Origin: Candidatus Krumholzibacteriia bacterium
Lineage (GTDB): Bacteria; Krumholzibacteriota; Krumholzibacteriia; JAJRXK01
Direction: 5' to 3'
Assembly: GCA_041484665.1 (NCBI GenBank)
Contig: JBGPIA010000004.1
Span: 96,001 to 160,000 of the forward strand
Length of the DNA stretch: 64,000 nucleotides
Of this stretch, positions 38,113 to 48,257 are shown piece after piece. Every line of letters starts with the position of its first letter. Positions within the stretch are counted from its first letter, which is position 1. Below the pieces are notes generated by a model. The model worked only from the letters and a program-made list of their open reading frames with translations. It did not search any database and was not told the DNA's origin. The translations under genes and the position numbers were made by a program.

Positions 38113-39189
38113 CTAGATGTTGAAGAAGTATTCGGGGATCGCGATCAGGTACTTCAGGTTGAAGAGCCAGCGCAGCACCATCTTGATGGGCAGCGCCATC
38201 ATCGCCAGGAACAGCAGCATCAGGATCGCGAAGCGCAGCCGGGACATCTGCCGGTGCATCGGCCGCAAGTAGGTGCGCGACAGTACCCAGCCAGCCACGG
38301 AGAAGTAGGCTCCGACCGCCACGAATCCGGGCAGCTCGCGCACCAGCCAGAAACTCGGCAGCGGCTGCCCGAGCAGGCGGATCCAGAAGTACTCCGAGAG
38401 ATTGACGTTGACCAGCGCCTCGAGCTTGTGGATATCCCACACTTCGTAGGGACCGAAGAAGTTCCAGTTGGGACCGCGCAGGAACGTGCCCAGGAAGATC
38501 AGCACGCACCACAGCACCACGAATCCGAACAGGAACCACGTCACCGCGAACCGGCGCTGCCGGAACGTGTAATAGCCGTTGCCCAGCGGGTTGGGGTCGA
38601 TGTAGGGGACCGCCATCAGCCCCAGGATGATCAAGCTGGGGAAGACGACCCCGGCCAGCCATGGGTCGAAGTAGACGAGCATCTCCTGCAGGCCCAGGAA
38701 GTACCAGGGCGCCTTGCTGGGATTGGGGGCCAGCACCGGGTTGGCCGGCTCCTCCAGCGGGGCCTTCAGGACAACCGACCAGACCACCAGCAGCGCCCCG
38801 ACCAGCAGCATGGAGAGCAGCTCGATGTACACCAGATCGGGCCAGCACCAGACCTTCTTGCCTCCCTCTTGCGCCTCGTCGCTGGGCAGCCCCATCGCCA
38901 TGCGGTCGTCGTTGGCCACGCCCTGGCTGAGCGCACCCCAGAGCGCCAACCAGACCAGGTAGACCATGATGATGATGGGGATGTTGTCCGCTTTGCTGAT
39001 GATGATATGGAAGTTGGGGTCGAGCGCGCTCAGGGAGAAGAACAGCGTGAGCGCGAGCGTGCCCGCCAAGAGGCCCGCTTTGTTCCAGGCCACGCGCGTG
39101 TAGACCAGTCCGAGCAGACCTGCCATGGACAGCAGGATGTAGTACTGGGGCTGCGACAGGAAGTTGACGACGTCCTTGAACCACTGCAT
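38113..39189 (-). CDS. Cytochrome b subunit IV (PetD/QcrC-like) with extra TM helices
   Basis: WPDL, APLEEPANP..PNPSKAPWYFLGLQEML (PEWY-equivalent), VPYID.NP, FLRGPNW. Confidence 0.85.
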   Translation of the reverse strand: MQWFKDVVNFLSQPQYYILLSMAGLLGLVYTRVAWNKAGLLAGTLALTLFFSLSALDPNFHIIISKADNIPIIIMVYLVWLALWGALSQGVANDDRMAMGLPSDEAQEGGKKVWCWPDLVYIELLSMLLVGALLVVWSVVLKAPLEEPANPVLAPNPSKAPWYFLGLQEMLVYFDPWLAGVVFPSLIILGLMAVPYIDPNPLGNGYYTFRQRRFAVTWFLFGFVVLWCVLIFLGTFLRGPNWNFFGPYEVWDIHKLEALVNVNLSEYFWIRLLGQPLPSFWLVRELPGFVAVGAYFSVAGWVLSRTYLRPMHRQMSRLRFAILMLLFLAMMALPIKMVLRWLFNLKYLIAIPEYFFNI

Positions 39190-39218
39190 GGGCGTGCCTC
39201 CGGCGGCGGCTGAGCGGC

Positions 39219-40007
39219 TTAGAGGGGACCCGAGATCCCGCCGTCCTTGCGGACGCGCCAGAAATGCACGGCCATGCCCGTGCCCGCCACCAGCGGGAAG
39301 GCTACGCAGTGGAAGACGTAGAAGCGCAGCAGCGCCCCGGCGCCCACGAACCGCCCGCCGAGCAGGGCGAAGCGAACGTCGTCACCCACGTGTACCAGAC
39401 TGATGTCGCCGATCTTCAGGAACGCCGATCCGGGGCCCTCGTGGCCCAGGAGCGGCGTCGCGCGGGCCATGTTGCTGCCGACGGTGATGGCCCAGATGGC
39501 GAGCTGGTCCCAGGGAAGCAGGTACCCGGTAAACGACAAGAGCAGCGTCAAGACCAGCAGGATCACGCCGACGTTCCAGTTGAATTCCCGGGGCGGCTTG
39601 TAGCTGCCGGTCATGAAGACGCGGAACATATGGATCCAGACCGCAATCACCATGGCGTGCGCGCCCCAGCGGTGCAGCTCGCGCATGACGCCCAGGGGAA
39701 CCTGCTCCCGCAGGTCGATCATGTCGGAGTACGCGTACTCGATGGTGGGCCGGTAGTAGAACATGAGCAGGAGCCCGGTGATCGTCTCCACCAGGAACAG
39801 GAAGAACGAGAGCCCGCCGGCGCACCATGTGTACTTCAGCTTGACGCCCGACTTGCGCACCTTCACCGGGTGCAGGTGGAGGATCACGTTGCTCATGATC
39901 ACGAGCACACGGTTGCGATCGGTGCCCGGGTAGCCGTGGCGGAAGAACGAGGTCCACAGCTGCGAACGCGCCACCGATCGCTTGATCTTCTCCCAGCTCG
40001 ACGTCAT
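39219..40007 (-). CDS. petB: Cytochrome b6-type subunit (PetB/QcrB)
   Basis: WCAGG (heme ci Cys), HRWGAH...[30 protein letters not shown]...VHF, GISGPL terminus. Confidence 0.92.
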   Translation of the reverse strand: MTSSWEKIKRSVARSQLWTSFFRHGYPGTDRNRVLVIMSNVILHLHPVKVRKSGVKLKYTWCAGGLSFFLFLVETITGLLLMFYYRPTIEYAYSDMIDLREQVPLGVMRELHRWGAHAMVIAVWIHMFRVFMTGSYKPPREFNWNVGVILLVLTLLLSFTGYLLPWDQLAIWAITVGSNMARATPLLGHEGPGSAFLKIGDISLVHVGDDVRFALLGGRFVGAGALLRFYVFHCVAFPLVAGTGMAVHFWRVRKDGGISGPL

Positions 40008-40092
40008 GTCACCTTTCCAGAGCTCGATCGTCTCCACACGCGCGCGGTGCGCCGCCGTGACCCGGCGTCGCAAGCGCGCAGGGCTGCCCCCG

Positions 40093-40698
40093 TCACACCT
40101 TCACGAAGGCGTCGGGGTTGGTCCACTGGCCTTTCTCGTACTGGAATTTCTGGTTCTTGTCGATGACCAGCTGGCCGTCGTCGCCGACCAGGATCTTGTA
40201 GCGCTCCAGCGGGCGCGGCGCCGGTCCCTCGAAGTTGATCCCGGTGATGTAGAAGCCGCTGCCGTGGCACGGGCACTTGAACTTGCGCTCCGCCACCAGC
40301 CAGTTGGGCGGGCAGCCCAGGTGCGTGCAGGTGGAGTTGAGCGCGTAGATCGAGTGCTCGTCGCGGACGATCCAGACGCCGAATTTCGCCTTGAAGCGCT
40401 CGTCGACCTGCCCCACCTCGTACTCGGAGGGGAAGCCCGCCTTGAACGTGCTGGGTGGCTCGAACAGCACATTGGGGAAGAAGAAACGGCCGATCGTGGT
40501 GCCGATGAGAGCGGCACCGGCGGTGAACACCAGCCACGCCGCGCCGAGCAGCGGGAAGAAGCCGCGGCGGGTCGTCTTGGCCGTGAGCGGCGGCAGCGCC
40601 GCGCCGGCGAGCAGCGCCTCCGCCCGGCGCGTCGGCGCGGAGGCAACCATGCTGTCGGGCTGGGCCGGCGGGGACGCGCTCTTTTCCGTGTCGGTCAT
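40093..40698 (-). CDS. petC: Rieske 2Fe-2S subunit (PetC/QcrA)
   Basis: Tat motif TRRGFF plus TM helix; CTHLGC and CPCHGS boxes; GPAPRPL. Confidence 0.93.
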   Translation of the reverse strand: MTDTEKSASPPAQPDSMVASAPTRRAEALLAGAALPPLTAKTTRRGFFPLLGAAWLVFTAGAALIGTTIGRFFFPNVLFEPPSTFKAGFPSEYEVGQVDERFKAKFGVWIVRDEHSIYALNSTCTHLGCPPNWLVAERKFKCPCHGSGFYITGINFEGPAPRPLERYKILVGDDGQLVIDKNQKFQYEKGQWTNPDAFVKV

Positions 40699-40804
40699 CG
40701 ACCTCACCTGGACGTCGCGATGGAGCGGAGCGCGGTTCGGGCGCAGCGCAAGGGGCGCAGGCCCACATTGCACGTGGCGGGGGACTGCCGCCAGGGGGTG
40801 TGAG

Positions 40805-40834
40805 ACTATATAGAGAGCCCGGCCGCAGCGTCAA
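40805..40834 (-). promoter_or_regulatory. Candidate sigma70 promoter for the Rieske/cyt b operon
   Basis: Minus strand TTGACG-N18-TATAGT. Confidence 0.6.
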
Positions 40835-40888
40835 ATCGAATCCTGGCCGGCGAGGGCAGGACCGCGCGTCCGTCCGCGGCGCGCCCGC

Positions 40889-41821
40889 TCACGGGCCGTG
40901 CAGCGCGCGCAACTCGGCGCGGGCCGCCTCCTGCACCAAAAGGAAGGGAGCCTGCTGCGCCAGGGCCTGCAGCAACGCCAGCCGCTGCGGCGTGGGCGCG
41001 CGCGCCTGCAGCTGGCCCAGACCCGCCACCGCCATGCGCATGAGCTCCTGCGCCCCGGCCTGGGTCACCCCTGGCTGGCCCGTCAAGTAGGCGGGCTCGA
41101 GCAGGCGGTCGAGCACGCCCTCGCCGGCATCGCTGCCCAGCCGCGCGAGCGCGATGGCCGCGTGCCACGTGACATCCGCCGCAGGGTCCTCCAGACGCGC
41201 GGCGAGCGGGGGGATCGCCGCCGGGTCGCCGAGGTTTGCCAGGCTCGCCACCGCCACCAGCCGGATCCCCTTGTCCGGGTCGCCGCAGAGCTCCAGCAGG
41301 CGCGGGAGCGCCGCGATGGCGCGGGCATTGCCCAGGGCCACCACCGCATAGACCCGAGTCTGCGGGTCGGGGTCGCCGGTTGCGCCAAGCAGTGCCGCAA
41401 CCGCCTCGGGACTGTCCGACAGGTCCTTCACCTTCGAGAGGCAGACGGTCAGGTAGCGGCGCAGCTCCGCGTTGCCGCTGCTGCGCTGGTAGAGAGCCAG
41501 CAGCTGTCCGCGAAAGCCGGCGTCGTCCAACAGCGCCGGATTGGCCACGATACGCTTGGAGAGCTCGAAGGCGGCCTGGCCGCGCCGGCGGCTGTCGCCG
41601 GTCGCCACTGCCTGCAGGATCTCCGCAGGGCGCTTTTGCGAGCCCACCAGGAAGTTCATGGCCAGGAAGATCCCCACCGCAACCGCCACGATCACCGCCG
41701 GGATCAGGAACAGCTGCGCGATGGCGCGCAGCGACCCCTGCGGAGCATGCGGCTCCTGGAACGGTGGGATCTCCGGCTCTGCGCCTGTGGAAGCCGGGGG
41801 CTGCGGGGGCCTGTCGCTCAT
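40889..41821 (-). CDS. Membrane-anchored HEAT-repeat protein
   Basis: TM segment LFLIPAVIVAVAVGIFLAM; HEAT repeats DPDPQTRVYAVVALG, DPDKGIRLVAVASLA, DPAADVTWHAAIALA. Confidence 0.85.
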   Translation of the reverse strand: MSDRPPQPPASTGAEPEIPPFQEPHAPQGSLRAIAQLFLIPAVIVAVAVGIFLAMNFLVGSQKRPAEILQAVATGDSRRRGQAAFELSKRIVANPALLDDAGFRGQLLALYQRSSGNAELRRYLTVCLSKVKDLSDSPEAVAALLGATGDPDPQTRVYAVVALGNARAIAALPRLLELCGDPDKGIRLVAVASLANLGDPAAIPPLAARLEDPAADVTWHAAIALARLGSDAGEGVLDRLLEPAYLTGQPGVTQAGAQELMRMAVAGLGQLQARAPTPQRLALLQALAQQAPFLLVQEAARAELRALHGP

Positions 41822-41863
41822 GGAACGGGGCGGCGTGACGTGGGGCGGCGTGGAGTTGCAGGC

Positions 41864-42343
41864 TCAGGTGGACTTGTAGCCCTGCTCCAGCCAGAAGCGG
41901 TGTTCGATACGCGGGCCGCCGATGTATTCCGGGACCCAGATCGCCTGCTTGATGCAGACCTCCTCGCACAGGCGGCAGCCGACGCACTCCTTCTCGTCGA
42001 CGACGGCGATCCACTGGGGGATCCCGCTGGCCTCCTGCTCGGGCGCCTCCACCAGTGAGATGCAATCGAACGGGCAGATCGTCACACAGTAGTCACAGCC
42101 GGTACAGGCGTCGATGTCGACGACGGCCTTGGGCATCTCCTTGGCCCTGTACTGGTGCACCAGCTCGCCGCGGTCGTTGTAGATGCACTCTACGGGGCAG
42201 TACTTGCCACAAACGCTGCAGTCGATGCAGAGCTCCGGAATGATGACATGGAGCTCCTTCTTGCCGCCGACGATCGCCTCCGTCGGGCACTTGATGGCGC
42301 ACACCTGGCAGCCGATGCAGGATTCGGTGATGACGTGCGGCAT
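41864..42343 (-). CDS. Polyferredoxin with four [4Fe-4S] motifs
   Basis: CIGCQVCAIKCP, CIDCSVCGKYCP, CTGCDYCVTICP, CVGCRLCEEVC. Confidence 0.92.
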   Translation of the reverse strand: MPHVITESCIGCQVCAIKCPTEAIVGGKKELHVIIPELCIDCSVCGKYCPVECIYNDRGELVHQYRAKEMPKAVVDIDACTGCDYCVTICPFDCISLVEAPEQEASGIPQWIAVVDEKECVGCRLCEEVCIKQAIWVPEYIGGPRIEHRFWLEQGYKST

Positions 42344-42429
42344 GGGTGCTTTCTCGTAACGACGCGCGCGGGCGCGCGCGGCCGATCTGCGCACTATACA
42401 CGATGGCGCGCGAGGCGAAAAGAGCGCCG

Positions 42430-43035
42430 TTACACTCCGTTGTAGCGCTGCTCGCTCCAGGGGTCGGCATCGTTGTGGTAACCGTACCGCTCCCAGAAGC
42501 CCGGCTGGTCGTCGGCCAAAAGCTCCAGCCCGCTCACCCACTTGGCACTCTTCCACGCGTAGCGCTTGGGAATGACCAGGCGCAGCGGGCCGCCGTGCTC
42601 TGGCGGAAGCGGCTCTCCGTCGTGCGCCCACGCGAAGAGCACGTCGTCGTCGCGCAGCGCCGCCAGCGGGAGGTTGGTGGTGTACCCGCCGAAGGCGTGC
42701 ACCATCACGAACTCCACCCCACGGCGAGGGACGATGTGGGAGAGCAGATCGCGGGTCCGGATCCCGGTCCACCGGTTGTTGAGTTTGCTCCAGTGCGTGA
42801 CGCAGTGGAAGTCACTCACCACCTCCACGACCGCCGCCAGCGCCTGGAACTGATCCCAGGTCCACTCCCTCGGCTGCTCCACCTGGCCGAACACGCGGAA
42901 CTGCCAGCTGAGAGTGTCGATCCTGGGGACGTTGCCGAACGTGAGCACCGGCCACTTGTGCGTGAGGTGCTGTCCGGGCGGCAGCCGCCGCATCTCCTCG
43001 GGGGTGAGGTTGGACTTCAGCGGGGTCGACGCCAT
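42430..43035 (-). CDS. Sulfite-oxidase-like molybdopterin oxidoreductase (YuiH/MsrP-like, no signal peptide)
   Basis: RLPPGQ..T.KWPVL, DFHCVTHWS, YTTNLPL, EHGGPLRL..P..YAWKSAKW, GFWE..GYH. Confidence 0.92.
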   Translation of the reverse strand: MASTPLKSNLTPEEMRRLPPGQHLTHKWPVLTFGNVPRIDTLSWQFRVFGQVEQPREWTWDQFQALAAVVEVVSDFHCVTHWSKLNNRWTGIRTRDLLSHIVPRRGVEFVMVHAFGGYTTNLPLAALRDDDVLFAWAHDGEPLPPEHGGPLRLVIPKRYAWKSAKWVSGLELLADDQPGFWERYGYHNDADPWSEQRYNGV

Positions 43036-43141
43036 GGGACCTCCTGGCAGCGGGAGCCTCCAGTGCGGCGCTGGATGGCCCCGGGAGCGCATTGGGTTGC
43101 AGGATAGCGACAACCGGGCCAGTGCGGTAGGCTGCGGCGTC

Positions 43142-44095
43142 ATGCGACCGCATCTGGAAGTGTCTCGGGCCGCGGGGGACTTCCCACCCCCGGGTCTGCG
43201 GCGGCCGGAGCGGGCCCCACTGCAGCGCGTTGCAACCGGGGTGCTGGCGGTCTGCTGTGTGCTGGCGTGCCTGGCGCCCGCCGCGCCGACCGCGCCCGCC
43301 GCGCCCACCGCTGCGGGCGCGATTTCGACCGCATCGGCGGGACCCCAGTCGCCCGGGCGCCCGCCGAGCCCGCCGACCTCGGTCGCGATCGCACCGATCG
43401 CAGCCGCCGGGACGCGTCCCGTGCCTTTCTCGTTCCGCCAGCTCAAAGGCCTGCCCCATGAGCTCGGGCGTGGCGATCTGCTGCTCACCACGGCAGCCAT
43501 GGGCGCCGCGGCGCTGGCCGTCTCCCCGATCGACCGCAAGGGCGTGGACTGGACGGCGCGGCACGCGCCGCTCGGCCGCGGCGCGGTCGACATCGGCTAC
43601 CAGATCGGGCACCGCCGCACCCAGGCGGTTGCCATGGCCGCACTGGCGTTGGGTGGGCTCGCGCTGGGCGAGGAGCGCGTGCGCGATACGGGGCTACTCC
43701 TGCTGGAGGCGCAGTTGTTGAGCGCGGGCGCCGGACAAGGGCTCAAGGCGCTCGTCGGCCGCGTGCGGCCCGATGGGAGCGATGACCAGTCGTTCCCTTC
43801 GGGGCACGCGATCGCCGTCTGGACGGCGGCCGAGGTCCTCCAGCGACGCCACGGCTGGTGGATCGGAGCGCCTGCGTTCGCCGCCGCGGCCTACACCGGA
43901 CTCAGCCGCGTGCAGGGGGAACGCCACTTCCCCAGCGACGTGCTGGCGGGCTTCGCGCTGGCGCACTGGATTGCCGCGGCGACGACTCGGTCCGCGGAGC
44001 CTGCCGAGCCCGCACCGCCCCACGCCGCGTTGCGATGGCTGCCGGCTCCCTGCCCGGGCGAGCCCGGCCTCGCGCTGGTGCGGGCGCGCTTCTGA
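43142..44095 (+). CDS. PAP2 family phosphatase
   Basis: K...GRVRP, SFPSGH, SRV...RHFPSDV motifs; start uncertain. Confidence 0.85.
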   Translation: MRPHLEVSRAAGDFPPPGLRRPERAPLQRVATGVLAVCCVLACLAPAAPTAPAAPTAAGAISTASAGPQSPGRPPSPPTSVAIAPIAAAGTRPVPFSFRQLKGLPHELGRGDLLLTTAAMGAAALAVSPIDRKGVDWTARHAPLGRGAVDIGYQIGHRRTQAVAMAALALGGLALGEERVRDTGLLLLEAQLLSAGAGQGLKALVGRVRPDGSDDQSFPSGHAIAVWTAAEVLQRRHGWWIGAPAFAAAAYTGLSRVQGERHFPSDVLAGFALAHWIAAATTRSAEPAEPAPPHAALRWLPAPCPGEPGLALVRARF

Positions 44096-44259
44096 GCGGG
44101 AACATCCGACGCGCGCCGCGCCCCCCGACCCGGCGCGGGCCCCCCAGACCGCTCGCCGGCCCTTCCCCGGGCGCCCTGGCACAGCCCCTGCAGCTTCAGC
44201 CCCACCCCCGCGGATCCGCCGCACGGGGCAGCAGGGAAGCGCCCGCCATCATCGGTCCT

Positions 44260-45726
44260 TTGCAGAACGCACGACGCAGGGAGCGCCTCGCCCGGGGTGC
44301 GCGCTGGCGCTGGATCGCGCTGCCGTGCGCGCTCTTGGTGCTCGTGCTGGCCAGTGTCGGCGGGCCCGCCCGCAAGCTGATCGGCAACGGCGCCTACGTC
44401 GCGGCCTACGACGTCGTGGTGTCCGATCCCGCGCGCGGCGTGCTGGAGATCACCCTGCGCATCCGCGACTTCGACGGCCCGCAGCTTCTGCTCGGCCGCG
44501 CGACGGGCGCCAGCGATGCGGGCACGGCACCGACGGCAAGCTTCCGCCTACGCGATGCCTGCGACGCGCGCGGCCGGATGCTGCCCGTGGCTGATGAGGG
44601 GAGGACCTGGCGCATCGCGCCGGAGCGGGGCCCGCTGACGGTACACTACCAGGTGGCGCTACAGGCCCGCCGCCCCACCGGCGACTTCGACGACGAGCTG
44701 TTCAGCCGCTGCGACGAGCAGGGGGCGCGGCTCCTGGGTGCCGATGTGTTCCTCTTCCCGATGGTGGGCGAGCCGGGAGCGTTGCAGGTGCGTTACCAGC
44801 TCCCGCCAACGTGGCGCCTGGTGCACCCCTTCCAGACTGGCGAGCTGACCGCCAGCTACCCGAATTTGCGCGCCCTCTACCACTCGGTGGTCGCTGCCGG
44901 ACCCTACCGGGTGCTGACCCGGGACGTGGGTGGGTGCGCGCTGGTCCTGGCGGTGCTGGGCGAGTTTCGGTTCAGCGACGACGTGCTGCTGGACGTGCTC
45001 TCGCGGCTGGCGCGCTACGAGCTCTCCTTCCTCGGTCCGGCGCCGCGGCCGCGCTACGTGTTCGTGGTCAACCCGCATCCCAAGACCGGCGATCCGCAGC
45101 GACTCCACTACTTCGGCCTCAATTTCGACGGCAGCATGCTCCTGCTCATCGACGGCGATACCGACCGCGAGCGTCTCAACGCAGAGCCGGCGTCGCTGTG
45201 CGCCCACGAGTTCTTCCACAACTGGCTCGGGGAGACGGTGCGCCAGAGCGACTACGCCATGAATTGGTTCATCGAGGGCGTCACGACCTTCTACGCATAC
45301 CAGGTCCGCATGGACGCGCAGATGCTCCCGTTCGACGACTACACGCGAGACCTGGCCGGCCGCTATCGGGAGGAGTACATCTCCTCCAGCCTGCGCGATC
45401 GTGAGAGCGTGGCCATGGCCGGGCAGACGGTGCTGGAGGACGAGGCACACACCCGCTATCTGTACGCGGGCGGGTTGCTGCTGGCGGTCGCTCTCGACCA
45501 GGAGATCGACCAGGCCACCGGTCAGCGCGCGTCGCTCGACGATCTCGTGCGGGGCCTGGTGAAGCGCGCGCGCCACGACGACGGCTTCCTGCTCACGCGC
45601 GACACGCTGGAATCGCAGCTGCGAGAGCTCACCGGCCGCGAGTTCGGTCCATGGCTCGCCCGGTACGTGTACGGCACCCAGGTCCCCCAACTGCCGGCGT
45701 ACGTAACCACAGCACCGCGCTCCTGA
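44260..45726 (+). CDS. M61/gluzincin family zinc metallopeptidase
   Basis: N-terminal hydrophobic helix; AHEFFHNW...WFIEGVTTFY; Y..G.L.A..LD; start uncertain. Confidence 0.8.
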   Translation: MQNARRRERLARGARWRWIALPCALLVLVLASVGGPARKLIGNGAYVAAYDVVVSDPARGVLEITLRIRDFDGPQLLLGRATGASDAGTAPTASFRLRDACDARGRMLPVADEGRTWRIAPERGPLTVHYQVALQARRPTGDFDDELFSRCDEQGARLLGADVFLFPMVGEPGALQVRYQLPPTWRLVHPFQTGELTASYPNLRALYHSVVAAGPYRVLTRDVGGCALVLAVLGEFRFSDDVLLDVLSRLARYELSFLGPAPRPRYVFVVNPHPKTGDPQRLHYFGLNFDGSMLLLIDGDTDRERLNAEPASLCAHEFFHNWLGETVRQSDYAMNWFIEGVTTFYAYQVRMDAQMLPFDDYTRDLAGRYREEYISSSLRDRESVAMAGQTVLEDEAHTRYLYAGGLLLAVALDQEIDQATGQRASLDDLVRGLVKRARHDDGFLLTRDTLESQLRELTGREFGPWLARYVYGTQVPQLPAYVTTAPRS

Positions 45727-45821
45727 CGCGCCGCAGGGGGGGGCCGCCGTCTGCGGCGCCGGCGTCGCCGCCGCCCCGAGCCGCGCCGCGGCCGCCGAAG
45801 CGGCCGGCCCACGGCCCGCCG

Positions 45822-46112
45822 CTAATTGCGCATCTTCTCACTGCCCGTGGAGAAGATCGTCTCCAGGTCGAACTTCGAGAAGACCTTGAAGGCGAGCAGC
45901 GTCTCGCTGCGCTCGATCCCCTCGACCAGCAGGATGCGTTGCGTCACCAGGTCGGCGAGCGCCTCATTGTCCTTCACGCGGATCATGGCGATGAGGTCGT
46001 ACTTTCCCGCCACGGAGAAGACCTCGGTGACCCCCGTGAGCTCCACCAGCGACTCGGCCACCTGATTGATGGCGTCGCGCTGCGTGTTGATCATCACCAG
46101 AGCGGTGACCAT
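45822..46112 (-). CDS. Stand-alone Lrp/AsnC ligand-binding (RAM) domain protein
   Basis: VTALVMIN...GVTEVFSVAGKYDLIA...GIERSETLLAF; no HTH. Confidence 0.9.
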   Translation of the reverse strand: MVTALVMINTQRDAINQVAESLVELTGVTEVFSVAGKYDLIAMIRVKDNEALADLVTQRILLVEGIERSETLLAFKVFSKFDLETIFSTGSEKMRN

Positions 46113-46205
46113 ATGAGTGCCTCCTTGGGCCGGCGGGCCCCGCGCCGGAGGTGGCCGCGCCAGCGCGGGCGCGCTGGCGGATCCTGGGGCGAGGGGGCGG
46201 GGTGA

Positions 46206-47234
46206 TTAGTCGAGATCCTTGATTCGCCGCAGGTTCACCCCCGCCTGCATGAACTCCAGGTACGTTTCAGGGGGATCGGTGAGCTCGTCCAGCGCGTCGA
46301 GCACCTCGTCGTCCAGCTCGAGGTCGAGGGCGGCCCAGTTGCCGCGCAGCTGCTCCGGGCTGCGCGGGCCGATGATCGCACTGGTCACGGCCGGCTGCTC
46401 CAGCAGCCAGCGCACGGCGAGCGCGACGGGCGTCGTGCCCAGCGAGCGCGCCTTGCCGACCACCGCGTCCACCAGATCGAAATTGCGGTCGTGGAACATG
46501 CGCTTCCTCCACGGGGCCATGATGTCGTCCTGCCCCGGGTCGGTGAGGCGCGAGCCCGCCGGACCGCGGCCGCTGCGGTCATACTTGCCGGCCAGCATGC
46601 CGAAGGCGAGCGGGCTCCACGCCAGCACGCCCACGCCGTACTCCTGCGCCGCCGGGAGTAGCTCGTGCTCGATGTCCCGGCACAGCAGGCTGTATTGCGG
46701 CTGCGTCGTGACGAACCGCTCGTAGCCGCGCGCGTCGGCCCGCTCCAGGGCCATCGCCATCTGCCAGCCCGTAAAATTGCAGCAGCCGACGTAGCGCACC
46801 TTTCCCGCGCGCACCAGGTCGGTCAGGGCGGCAAGGGTCTCCTCGATCGGAGTGAGCACGTCCCAGATATGGAGCTGGTAGAGGTCGATGGCATCGATGT
46901 GCAGGCGGCGCAGGCTCGCCTCGGCCTGGTCGACGATGTTCTTGCGGGTGCTGCCCATCCGGTTGGGCCCCTCGCCCTCCGGGAAGAAGCACTTGGTGGC
47001 GACGACCACGTCCTCACGCCGTCCCTGGATCGCCTTGCCCACGATCTCCTCGCTGCGGCCACCTCCGTAGCGATTGGCCGTGTCCACGAAATTGCCGCCG
47101 CGCTCGAAGTAGGCATCGAGGATGGCAAGGCTGGTCGGCTCGTCGCAGCCCCAGCCTGCGTTGCCGAAGTTCATGGTGCCCAGGCAGAGGGGCGAGACCT
47201 TCAGGCCGCTGCTTCCGAGCATGCGGTAGGGCAT
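46206..47234 (-). CDS. Aldo/keto reductase
   Basis: LGSSGLKVSPLCLGTM, DTANRY, ATK, SLRRL..D.IDLYQLH, GKVRYVG, WSPLA.G.L.GKY. Confidence 0.95.
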   Translation of the reverse strand: MPYRMLGSSGLKVSPLCLGTMNFGNAGWGCDEPTSLAILDAYFERGGNFVDTANRYGGGRSEEIVGKAIQGRREDVVVATKCFFPEGEGPNRMGSTRKNIVDQAEASLRRLHIDAIDLYQLHIWDVLTPIEETLAALTDLVRAGKVRYVGCCNFTGWQMAMALERADARGYERFVTTQPQYSLLCRDIEHELLPAAQEYGVGVLAWSPLAFGMLAGKYDRSGRGPAGSRLTDPGQDDIMAPWRKRMFHDRNFDLVDAVVGKARSLGTTPVALAVRWLLEQPAVTSAIIGPRSPEQLRGNWAALDLELDDEVLDALDELTDPPETYLEFMQAGVNLRRIKDLD

Positions 47235-47522
47235 GATCGTGAGCTCCTTTCCCGAGGTCGTGGCGGCGAAGATCGGGTGGGCACAGGCGGGCCGTCCGGC
47301 GCGATTGTAGCGCGGTGCGCAGCAGCTGTCTTGGGGAGAGTGGCAACCGCCCGCGCGGGCGCCGGGCCAACCGATGCGCCCTGGGTGGCCGGCGCGGCAC
47401 GCCAGCCCGAGCCGATCCCGGTCAGAGGAAGAGCGCAGCCACCGCCGCGCCCCTTCCCGATCCACGCGCTGTCCGCCGCCGGTCGAACGCGCCACAGCCT
47501 GCGGCTGCGGCGCAGCGGCGCG

Positions 47523-48212
47523 TCAGGAGGTCGACTTCGCGGTCTTGCTCTCCTTGGTTGCCGCGGCGGTGTACTTCACCGAGCAGCCGTACGACCTGGG
47601 CGCCGCCACCTCGATGGGCGTGCCGGCCAGCAGGCTGGTGAGCGCCGCAGCGACGTAATTCTTCGGCGCCTGGGCGTCGCCGCGCGGGTCGTCGTCGATC
47701 GCGCCCGCGAACGCCAACATGCCATCCTTGTCGATGACGTACATGTGCGGCGTCGTCTTGGCACCATACAGGTGACCGACCTCGCCGCTGGGATCCAGCA
47801 GCGTCAGGTACGGCAGACCTTGCTCCTTGGTCCACTTCTCGGTGTCGGCCGGCTTGTTGTAGTGCGTGCTGTTGATGGCCAGCCACACCACGCCCTTGTC
47901 GGTGAACTTCTGCGCCAGCCCGATCATGGTCTTCGCCTTGTAATGGCGCTGGACGAACGGACAGTCGGGGTTGGTCCACTCCAGCACCACGATCTTGCCG
48001 GCGTAGTCCTTCAGGGAATGCGACTTGCCCTGCGCGTCCACCAGCGTGAACTGCGGAGCCGGGGCGCCGATCGTCGGGCCGGAACTGTCGGGCGACAGCT
48101 CCACGGCCCAGACCGGCGCGGCGGCCGCCAGCAGCGCGACCAAGAGCGCCGTGATCCAGCCCGTCGTGCGCACCCGCGACGACGGGCCGCGCGTGTTCCA
48201 TTGCATGCTCAT
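47523..48212 (-). CDS. Secreted thioredoxin-fold redoxin (AhpC/TSA-like)
   Basis: Signal peptide; APQFTL.D, VVLEWTNPDCPFV, YGAKTTPHM, GAIDD, YGCSVKY. Confidence 0.9.
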   Translation of the reverse strand: MSMQWNTRGPSSRVRTTGWITALLVALLAAAAPVWAVELSPDSSGPTIGAPAPQFTLVDAQGKSHSLKDYAGKIVVLEWTNPDCPFVQRHYKAKTMIGLAQKFTDKGVVWLAINSTHYNKPADTEKWTKEQGLPYLTLLDPSGEVGHLYGAKTTPHMYVIDKDGMLAFAGAIDDDPRGDAQAPKNYVAAALTSLLAGTPIEVAAPRSYGCSVKYTAAATKESKTAKSTS

Positions 48213-48257
48213 CAGGTGTCCTCCTCGAGGGTTACAGGGGTCTGTGGAATGAAGCGG

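Noticed and set aside
35026..39213. 1395-aa plus-strand ORF, and similar long ORFs at 46665-50669, 19243-22005, 24196-26658 and 3907-5664
   Set aside because: Antisense shadows of well-supported genes; stop codons are scarce on the opposite strand of GC3-rich genes, and they show no motifs.
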